A program made the translations under genes and the position numbers. Of a stretch of 32,478 nucleotides of DNA, positions 1 through 6,135 are shown one piece after another; within the stretch, counting starts at the first letter, position 1, and each line of letters begins with the position of its first letter. The stretch covers positions 1 to 32,478 of IMG/VR virus record IMGVR_UViG_3300005144_000002; one strand, written 5' to 3'. The notes under the pieces are model-generated. The model was not told where the DNA came from. It saw only the letters and a list, made by a program, of their open reading frames with translations, and ran no database searches. The DNA comes from a virus (Duplodnaviria; Caudoviricetes).

Positions 1-247
1 ATTCTTCCGGCGCCGGCACCAGGGTGGCGCGGGTGGGGATTTGCAGAATGCCAATGGCATCTCGCTTGCCGGCCCAGGTGAAGTTGTAGCGCTCTTTGCC
101 GCTGGCCAGGTCTTCACCCAGGGCGGCCTTGAGCTTTTCCAGGTCAATTTTTCCTTCAGTAAAAGCCTCGGGAAATGTGGATTTGAGGATCTCTAATCGA
201 TCTTGATTGGGAATTTCGCTGGTGGTGGGGATGGTAGATTTGGTCAT
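1..247 (-). CDS. mod: Type III restriction-modification methyltransferase (Mod subunit), N-terminal part, truncated by window edge
   Basis: Not in ORF track. Manual translation from ATG 247: MTKSTIPTTSEIPNQDRLEILKSTFPEAFTEGKIDLEKLKAALGEDLASGKERYNFTWAGKRDAIGILQIPTRATLVPAPEE. 'FPE.F.EGKID.EKL..LG....ERY.FTW.GK' is the typical Mod N-terminus. Confidence 0.8.
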   Translation of the reverse strand, partial: MTKSTIPTTSEIPNQDRLEILKSTFPEAFTEGKIDLEKLKAALGEDLASGKERYNFTWAGKRDAIGILQIPTRATLVPAPEE

Positions 248-383
248 GATGATTTTGTGGTTTTAGAAAGAGTGACAATAATCCCCGATTGGGGAATTTG
301 AAAGAAAGTTGAAGTGATTAGATGGTTACTAATATGTATTAAGTTCTCTGCTTGCTGATTCGATTCTTATCAACTTCGGAAAT

Positions 384-899
384 CTATTGGCCCAAATACA
401 CCCATTCTCCACAATCAGCATTCAGCTCCACTTGAAAAGCACTTGGATTTATGTACATGGTTCCGCCAGCCATTCCAAAATGGTTTTTAATAATATCCCC
501 GGTTTTAGTGTTGATAGACCAATAACAACCATCAGAAGCACCTTGGGAACGCCATATTCCAGGCGCAATATCAATGCCCACAAGATAAAAGCCGGGACCT
601 TTATTTGTCTGAAGTGGATTTAGCGTAGAAGTTGCCGTAGCTGTAATTGTTGGTGTGTATTCAGGAGTCGGAGTCTCGGTAGGGGTAACTATAACAGTCT
701 GTATTACAGCTGTTAATGTGGGATAAGCGGTAGATGTCGGATAAGGTGTGAAGGTTGAATATGGAGTATTCGTAGGAATAGGTGTGTAAGCCGCAATTGT
801 TTGAGAGACAATTTCCTGAAGCTGTTCTTCAGAAGGCGCGCAAGCTGAAAAAAGGATTGATAACGCTATAGAAAATATCAATGCATAGGACTTTTTCAT
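384..899 (-). CDS. Lipoprotein with Thr/Pro-rich linker (candidate superinfection-exclusion protein)
   Basis: Signal peptide with lipobox LFSA-C, TPT-rich linker, C-terminal 'G.YLVG.DI.PG.W.S.G...CYW' domain; SD GGAGG upstream; lies downstream of the repressor. Confidence 0.75.
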   Translation of the reverse strand: MKKSYALIFSIALSILFSACAPSEEQLQEIVSQTIAAYTPIPTNTPYSTFTPYPTSTAYPTLTAVIQTVIVTPTETPTPEYTPTITATATSTLNPLQTNKGPGFYLVGIDIAPGIWRSQGASDGCYWSINTKTGDIIKNHFGMAGGTMYINPSAFQVELNADCGEWVYLGQ

Positions 900-917
900 T
901 TTTTCCTCCCTGTTGTC

Positions 918-1190
918 TTATCTGTACATAATGAACGCAAATGACACCCCACCTCCGAAAGCAGCCGGAATAGCAATGGGATGGGTTGGCATTATCGTCA
1001 ACAGCCCAAAAGCTATCAATGAAGCGCATAGCGAAAAAGCTACAGGCTTTGGCATGCACTGTAGGATACTCAGTATCCCCTCTAATTTCTGACGTTTTTC
1101 AAAGTACCAGGTCAATCTATTGATGATTGATCGATCAAACTTGCTGAGCTGCCGGAGCTGCATTGCTCGACGATGATGAGTGCTTCTCAT
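918..1190 (-). CDS. Small membrane protein (two C-terminal hydrophobic segments)
   Basis: ORF between repressor and lipoprotein. Start uncertain (1214/1190/1163); overlaps the repressor 3' end. Confidence 0.5.
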   Translation of the reverse strand: MRSTHHRRAMQLRQLSKFDRSIINRLTWYFEKRQKLEGILSILQCMPKPVAFSLCASLIAFGLLTIMPTHPIAIPAAFGGGVSFAFIMYR

Positions 1191-1530
1191 TTGCAAAAAT
1201 TCCCCGCCTGGCAAGCATTGCTTGGATTAAGTCATCAATAATCTGTTGATCTTCCGCTGGGAGTTTGGATATACGGTAAGCTAATTGTTCGATTTCTTCG
1301 TCTTCTCCCCTACTCTTTATCCCAACAACTCTTCTAAACACATCCTCGGGTGGCAGATTTAATACTCGGGCGATTTCTACAATCGTATCACTGCCTGGAG
1401 TTTGCTCCCCATTCGTGATTCTAGTTATATGAGAAGCAGATAAGCCAGACTGTTTCGCAAACTCGGCTTTTGTAAGGCCGCGTTTTTCGATTTCAGAGGT
1501 TAGCCATTCTGGAAATCCAATTTTATCCAT
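1135..1530 (-). CDS. XRE/CI-like phage repressor
   Basis: HTH 'LTKAEFAKQSGLSASHITRITNGEQTP...IARVLNL'; divergent from the early operon. ATG 1530 (or TTG 1536). Confidence 0.88.
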   Translation of the reverse strand: MDKIGFPEWLTSEIEKRGLTKAEFAKQSGLSASHITRITNGEQTPGSDTIVEIARVLNLPPEDVFRRVVGIKSRGEDEEIEQLAYRISKLPAEDQQIIDDLIQAMLARRGIFANEKHSSSSSNAAPAAQQV

Positions 1531-1650
1531 AAGCAACCTAATATTACTTTAAGGGAATTTCCTTATGGGAAATAAAAAATTCCTTATTGACAATAAATAA
1601 ATAATGTGAAATAATTCCCTATAAGCAATAAAAAATACCTTATAAGCAAT
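1522..1650. promoter_or_regulatory. Array of six imperfect 16-bp palindromic operators (consensus ~ATTNCYTA|TARGNAAT)
   Basis: TTTATCCATAAGCAAC 1522, ATTACTTTAAGGGAAT 1543, TTTCCTTATGGGAAAT 1558, ATTCCTTATTGACAAT 1579, ATTCCCTATAAGCAAT 1614, ATACCTTATAAGCAAT 1635. Confidence 0.65.
1587..1615 (+). promoter_or_regulatory. Early lytic promoter (PR-like)
   Basis: TTGACA (1587-1592), 17-bp spacer, TGn-AATAAT (1610-1615); overlapped by operators. Confidence 0.7.
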
Positions 1651-1666
1651 AAAGTGAAGGCGCAAA

Positions 1667-1846
1667 ATGAAAATCCACTTCTACCGGAGTTATCAAGCTC
1701 CACACTGGAAAAATGCAACTTACCTCCATTGGTTTACCAGGGCAAAGTATGTAATTCACAGTTTTACAGCTTCCTTCAAAGTAGGGCGGTATGCCTACCA
1801 AATGGTGATTGAATGGCAAAATCTCAGCCCCCAGGCGCGCTACTAG
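1667..1846 (+). CDS. Hypothetical protein, 59 aa, first gene of the early operon
   Basis: Not in ORF track: MKIHFYRSYQAPHWKNATYLHWFTRAKYVIHSFTASFKVGRYAYQMVIEWQNLSPQARY*. SD GAAGG; fills the gap to the next gene, whose SD overlaps its stop. Confidence 0.55.
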   Translation: MKIHFYRSYQAPHWKNATYLHWFTRAKYVIHSFTASFKVGRYAYQMVIEWQNLSPQARY

Positions 1847-1858
1847 GAGTAATGACCA

Positions 1859-2104
1859 ATGAATCCAGAAGAGGAAATTCGAAAAGCAGCGAAAAATGAA
1901 GTCGTTTTTCAACTGGCGAAGCAGATTAATGCCAGGCGATATCTCTCGGATGTATTTGTAACAAATTGCCCATTCTGCAATGAAGAAAACAATCGGCTCA
2001 TATTTAATGTGCGTGGCTATCACTGCATGAGCTGCAAAGCGGATGGGGAAATTGAAGAATTGATTGAAAGATACCAGAAACACAATTTGAACAAGCATTT
2101 TTAG
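1859..2104 (+). CDS. Stand-alone primase-type (CHC2-like) zinc-finger protein
   Basis: CPFC-x16-CMSC-KADG; SD GGAG. Confidence 0.65.
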   Translation: MNPEEEIRKAAKNEVVFQLAKQINARRYLSDVFVTNCPFCNEENNRLIFNVRGYHCMSCKADGEIEELIERYQKHNLNKHF

Positions 2105-2120
2105 AAAGGAGTAGTCCAAC

Positions 2121-2321
2121 ATGCCCAACGTCATGAGCACATTCTCACTGGATCTGGAAACGATCCACAGGCTGGACCGCATTGCCGAAGCGATGCAAGC
2201 GGGCAAAAGCGAAACCATCCGCAAGCTGGTTGAAGAAAAGTTTGAACAGCTGCAGGCTGATGGAGAAGTCGAATTAACTGCTTCGGTGACCCCTGCCAAT
2301 CTAAATGAGGTGGGGCGATGA
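2121..2321 (+). CDS. Ribbon-helix-helix (CopG/Arc-like) DNA-binding protein
   Basis: 'STFSLDLETIHRLDRIAEAMQAGKSETIRKLVEE' RHH pattern; SD AAGGAG. Confidence 0.75.
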   Translation: MPNVMSTFSLDLETIHRLDRIAEAMQAGKSETIRKLVEEKFEQLQADGEVELTASVTPANLNEVGR

Positions 2322-2608
2322 ACACAATCAAAACCACCAATCAGTTTGTAACCGTTCCAACTGTACTGGGAGAGGTTGATCTCAGTGAGATTAATTATCG
2401 CCAGGGTGGTCCCAGCCGTGCCCAGCAGTGCCGAAATATGCTGGAAATACTGAAGCCTCAAAAAGCGACCATTTTTGAAATGCGGGATAAGAAGGAAGCT
2501 GAGGACTATCGTTCCATGCTTTACACCATGGCAATTCTCAAATTCAGTGAATCTGGCCGGATTGCTACCCGGATAGTAGATAACCTGCTGTACGTCTGGC
2601 TGACCTGA
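2318..2608 (+). CDS. Hypothetical protein
   Basis: ATGA overlap with upstream gene; SD GAGGTG. Confidence 0.65.
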   Translation: MNTIKTTNQFVTVPTVLGEVDLSEINYRQGGPSRAQQCRNMLEILKPQKATIFEMRDKKEAEDYRSMLYTMAILKFSESGRIATRIVDNLLYVWLT

Positions 2609-2664
2609 TTTCATACCTAAACCATAGCAGAAAGGAGGTGGGTAGTCTCAAAAGGAAAGTAAAT

Positions 2665-2707
2665 CGGCAGTTATCCGGCAGTTAAACGGCACTTTTACAA
2701 CTGAATA
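2665..2707 (+). promoter_or_regulatory. Three 11-bp-period CGGCA(G/C)TT repeats merging into a boxA-like element
   Basis: CGGCAGTTA 2665 and 2676, CGGCACTTT 2687; GCACTTTTACAACTGAATA 2689-2707 resembles the extended rrn boxA of monoderm bacteria. Confidence 0.45.
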
Positions 2708-2727
2708 GGGAAGGAAGGGGTGTAGAG

Positions 2728-3003
2728 ATGACAAAGCGTCTGAGATGGCCAAACACGGCTGAACACGCCAGACAGGCAGCGCTAGGCGATGCGAATCGGG
2801 GTCTAATCGCCCTCTCTACGGTCATACATGGCAAATGCGCCGGACGTTCCGAAGAAATGCGGCAGGTGGCGATTGCAAATGATTGCCTGCACCGGATCAG
2901 ATTTGAACTTGAAGCAGTTGGGCCTGGAAAAGAGAAAACCCAGGCTGAGGGGGGCAGCCGGGGCTTTCTACAAGAGGTGGCACAAGCCACTCACAAATTG
3001 TAA
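2728..3003 (+). CDS. Hypothetical protein
   Basis: ORF with purine-rich SD in operon orientation. Confidence 0.6.
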   Translation: MTKRLRWPNTAEHARQAALGDANRGLIALSTVIHGKCAGRSEEMRQVAIANDCLHRIRFELEAVGPGKEKTQAEGGSRGFLQEVAQATHKL

Positions 3004-3020
3004 CAGAACAAGAGGTGATT

Positions 3021-3512
3021 ATGCAAGCAAAAACACGAAGTTTAATTCTTTCCATCTCGCTGGTGCTCTCGTTATTCATTGGAGCATGCGGCGCAATCAG
3101 CAGCGCGGCACCCGCTGGCACCCTGGGAGCTGCAGAAACGATTGATGGAATGCGCATGGTGGTGGCCAATGAAGCCGGAACGTTTCTGATGCAGAAAGGG
3201 GAAGTTTTCTTAATGGCCTGGCCAAGGGGCACCAACTATGCCATGACCGTACTAAGCCAAAACGGTGCTTCAGATGCGCTGAATGGCATGCGCGTGAATG
3301 CTGTAAGCCTGACCGAAACGGTGAAAGCCTTGGAAGCTGATGGGTGGAAATACATCACCCCAGCCGCACTGCCAAAGGCAATTACTGAAGCACTGGCTGC
3401 CTATTCTGTTGAAATGGCAGTCACAGCCTTGAAAGGGCTGCCTACTGTGTTTATTCTTCCAGTGGTCATGGTTACTCCAGACTTTCTGGTACCAGAGGTG
3501 GTGATTCAATGA
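3021..3512 (+). CDS. Predicted lipoprotein/secreted protein
   Basis: Signal peptide with lipobox FIGA-C; SD GAGGTG. Confidence 0.65.
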   Translation: MQAKTRSLILSISLVLSLFIGACGAISSAAPAGTLGAAETIDGMRMVVANEAGTFLMQKGEVFLMAWPRGTNYAMTVLSQNGASDALNGMRVNAVSLTETVKALEADGWKYITPAALPKAITEALAAYSVEMAVTALKGLPTVFILPVVMVTPDFLVPEVVIQ

Positions 3513-3772
3513 TTGGAAATTTTCCGCTCCGAATTCTGCTGCTGATTTGGTGGCTTCAGCGAAAGTATGTGATTGGGATAAAGCCCCTCAATATTGAGAA
3601 GCGCTTACGGATGCTGAATGAAATTTATTACAGCCTGCCTGTAGTGCAACTAAATGATAGGCTTGGCTGCAGATGTGTTGAGATGATCATCACCTGGATT
3701 GATCGTGAAAGACAAAGCCTTATCGAACTGCAAAGCCTGGGTGTACAGGCGAGCGGTGTGATCAAACAATAA
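3509..3772 (+). CDS. Hypothetical protein
   Basis: ATGA-coupled to upstream gene. Confidence 0.55.
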   Translation: MIGNFPLRILLLIWWLQRKYVIGIKPLNIEKRLRMLNEIYYSLPVVQLNDRLGCRCVEMIITWIDRERQSLIELQSLGVQASGVIKQ

Positions 3773-3790
3773 TTTGAAGGAGAAACCGAA

Positions 3791-4543
3791 ATGACTTTTC
3801 CAAATAACCAAACAGTAACACAACCCGATCCCTGGGATATCGCCGATAATCCGCCAGTGAATCATGGTGAGTATTGGGGCCAAGTTGAAATCGCGCTCTG
3901 GTACTGTGTTTTGCAAAAGGGTGTGGGCAAAGTGCCTTTTGACCCGCAGCAGCATTCGGCAGACCAGCGCCGTACTTCTGTTGAAATTAAGATCTTCCCG
4001 ATCCCTGAGCAGAACGTGAGCTTCGATATCAAGCGGGACTTGATCGCAGAAAGCCGTGAATGGGCCGGCACCGTGCTGAAATCAATTAAAGCACTTGGGC
4101 TGAGCGCAAAAGAGATCAATGGCCGTTATGTGCGCGTGAAGCTGGCCAGCACCGGTCAGACGTACACCAACGGTAATGGCGAAGAGCGCGAGCGGACCAC
4201 CTTTGAATTTGTAAAGGCCTTTGCCAGTGAAGATGAATGCAAAGCAGATTTTCTCAGTGGGGGTGCCGCCCCAGCGAATACTCAGCCGCCAGCTGCCCCT
4301 CATAATTCAGCGCAGGGCACGAATGGCAATGGTCACAGCAATGGAAATGGAAATCAGGAAAAGCAAACAGCTTTGAACTTCTTGCGCATTTACGTTCAAA
4401 ATGCGGCCCGCGGCCAGACTGACTTGAATGTGATTCGCAATTCCCTGGCCGCCAATATTTCCACTCAACCGCTGCTGGCAAAGTACTTCACTGTGGACAG
4501 CCCTGAAACCATGCAGTTACTGGCAGAGGAAATGACAAAATGA
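3791..4543 (+). CDS. Hypothetical protein, possibly ssDNA-binding (beta-rich core plus Gly/Asn/Pro linker)
   Basis: Strong SD AAGGAG; 250 aa. Function is a guess from composition and position upstream of recombination genes. Confidence 0.6.
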   Translation: MTFPNNQTVTQPDPWDIADNPPVNHGEYWGQVEIALWYCVLQKGVGKVPFDPQQHSADQRRTSVEIKIFPIPEQNVSFDIKRDLIAESREWAGTVLKSIKALGLSAKEINGRYVRVKLASTGQTYTNGNGEERERTTFEFVKAFASEDECKADFLSGGAAPANTQPPAAPHNSAQGTNGNGHSNGNGNQEKQTALNFLRIYVQNAARGQTDLNVIRNSLAANISTQPLLAKYFTVDSPETMQLLAEEMTK

Positions 4544-4767
4544 CCACCACGAAAGTATATCCATTTGAGACTGTTGAGGAACAACGAGCGCGCATCGAGT
4601 ACGAGGATGCTTTAATTTCTGCCTATGTGCCGGAGTCTGACACAATGACCCGAGAAGAAGCCCTTGTGCTTGCGAATGAGCGGGATCTGGAAGCCGCTAT
4701 GGCTTTGCGAGAAGATGTGATCACGCTTGAAAACCTGGAAATCGCGGTCAGTCGTTCCCGATCCTAA
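4540..4767 (+). CDS. Acidic hypothetical protein
   Basis: ATGA-coupled; SD GAGGA. Confidence 0.6.
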   Translation: MTTTKVYPFETVEEQRARIEYEDALISAYVPESDTMTREEALVLANERDLEAAMALREDVITLENLEIAVSRSRS

Positions 4768-4844
4768 TCACCAGTTGCTTTGGCAGTGCTCCCCTCACAT
4801 GCCAACCCGGACAGAGTAACCGGGCTTTGAAATTTCCTTCGAAT

Positions 4845-4931
4845 GAGGCGGCGGCGTAGTGGGAACACGCGAGGCGAAACGCGCACTAAATAAGTAACGC
4901 CTAGACTATGGTTCGAGTCCATACCGCCTCA
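4845..4931 (+). ncRNA. tRNA-like element with 21-nt loop in place of the anticodon loop (not a decodable tRNA)
   Basis: Acceptor GAGGCGG/CCGCCTC+A, D-arm GCGT-AGTGGGAAC-ACGC, stem AGGCG/CGCCT closing AAACGCGCACTAAATAAGTAA, variable AGAC, T-arm TATGG-TTCGAGT-CCATA. Confidence 0.75.
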
Positions 4932-4981
4932 CAGATAGCGGGTGCAGCCATTCGCTCGACATCAATCGGTTAGTGGTAGGT

Positions 4982-5046
4982 TGGGTGCGGGAATCGCAGC
5001 GGTGCTCCTCCACACTGCAACAGAGGTTCGAGGCCTCTGTGCCCAA
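4982..5046 (+). ncRNA. D-armless tRNA-like module carrying a C-rich-loop hairpin
   Basis: TGGGTGC/GTGCCCA acceptor-like stem (2 G-U), hairpin GCAG.GTG-CTCCTC-CAC.CTGC, T-arm AGAGG-TTCGAGG-CCTCT. Confidence 0.55.
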
Positions 5047-5224
5047 TTTGCGAACTTCTGGGGCTTGCTGGCCCAACAGCACAGAAGGGCAGCCCGTAAG
5101 CGCTGGGTAACGGGAAAAAGTAATCAAACCAGCCCGAAAATTGAATAGCGCCCCATTTTTGGATGTATGCAGCGGAGAAATCCGGTCTGTTGGCAAGCGT
5201 AGCGAATGGCATGGGGCGCATTCT

Positions 5225-5296
5225 GGGATTTGCATTGGCAGGTGTTCCCCCCGCACCTGGCAACGGGCATAGCGGGTTCGATCCCCGCAAATCCCT
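5225..5296 (+). ncRNA. D-armless tRNA-like module carrying a C-rich-loop hairpin
   Basis: GGGATTT/AAATCCC acceptor-like stem, hairpin TTG.CAGGTG-TTCCCCCCG-CACCTG.CAA, T-arm GCGGG-TTCGATC-CCCGC. Confidence 0.6.
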
Positions 5297-5386
5297 CTGC
5301 CATATTGACCATTCCCTTCCTTCAGGGGCCCGGTTAAATGAACCCCGACATTTGCCGGGCCCCGCTAATCTAAATGAGGTTTGTAT

Positions 5387-6133
5387 ATGAGCATAACAGC
5401 AGTCATGATTGATTCAAGAGAGCCCGAATGGGTGAAGAATTTGCAGTTCAATAACGCGCCTGCAGCAGTGACTTTTCTGGAAAGCGGTGATGCGTGGGTG
5501 GCGTGTGATGATGGTATTACGCTGATTATAGAACGAAAAAGCCCAGATGATTTTTTGAATTCACTCAGGCAAGAACGTTTGATGGTCCAGATTGCAAACC
5601 TGGCTGAATATCGAAAAACACATGGATTTTGGCCTTACCTGGTTATCACTGATGAAATCATCCGCGGTGCGAATGGAAAAGCGATAACAAACCGGGGAGA
5701 AACCGGCTGGAGCTGGAATGCAGTTCAGGGGGCTTTGCTGACCGTGCAGGAAGCGGGTGTGTTTGTCCAATTCTGTGCAGGAGATGCGGATTATGGTCCA
5801 TGTTTGACACGTCTGGCCAGCCGAAAACGAGACCCAAAAATGCTGGTAATGCCAGCCCGCGAAGCGCGTTTATTAGGCAATCAAGCGGCTTTCATAGCAG
5901 GTCTTCCAGGGATAGGTCTGGAAAAAGTACAAACGGTGATGCAGTACTGTGGTACTCCAGCATGGGCATTGGTAGCGTTGACGGATGCTACTTCACAAAT
6001 TCCCGGTATTGGAAATGGTATTAAGCGCGGAGTACGCTGGACTTTGGGATTGAAAGAGTCTGAACAGATTGGGGTTGTATTGGGCGAAAACCACCAGGAA
6101 GAATTGGCCATTTTGAACTTAGGAGAACAATAA
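5387..6133 (+). CDS. ERCC4/XPF-family endonuclease with C-terminal HhH motifs
   Basis: IDSRE, GD and ERKS..D motifs; LPGIG and IPGIG helix-hairpin-helix; SD GAGGT 6 nt before ATG 5387. Confidence 0.85.
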   Translation: MSITAVMIDSREPEWVKNLQFNNAPAAVTFLESGDAWVACDDGITLIIERKSPDDFLNSLRQERLMVQIANLAEYRKTHGFWPYLVITDEIIRGANGKAITNRGETGWSWNAVQGALLTVQEAGVFVQFCAGDADYGPCLTRLASRKRDPKMLVMPAREARLLGNQAAFIAGLPGIGLEKVQTVMQYCGTPAWALVALTDATSQIPGIGNGIKRGVRWTLGLKESEQIGVVLGENHQEELAILNLGEQ

Positions 6134-6135
6134 CA

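Larger units (their letters stand above)
4770..5365 (+). ncRNA. Large structured non-coding RNA region containing three tRNA-like modules
   Basis: No convincing ORF; three TTCGA T-loop hairpins each stacked on an acceptor-like stem; many perfect helices, including long-range ones. Confidence 0.65.

Noticed and set aside
340-370. GATTCGA as an attL remnant
   Set aside because: Only 7 nt match the tRNA T-loop; the rest of the tRNA 3' end is absent.
1135-1190. ssrA-like degron or integration-dependent immunity at the repressor C-terminus
   Set aside because: The tail ends AAQQV rather than AA, no att lies within the gene, and the low-complexity tail is explained by overlap with the next ORF.
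1640-2614. 324-aa minus-strand ORF
   Set aside because: Antisense shadow of four plus-strand genes with good SDs and motifs; no recognisable domain.
4845-5296. Functional phage tRNA genes, tmRNA or tRNA-Sec
   Set aside because: No 7-nt anticodon loop with U33, no TCA anticodon or long variable arm, no tmRNA alanine acceptor/tag reading frame.
4906-5390. Several short ORFs on both strands in the RNA region
   Set aside because: No clear SDs, unnatural composition and mutual overlap; the sequence is better explained by RNA helices.
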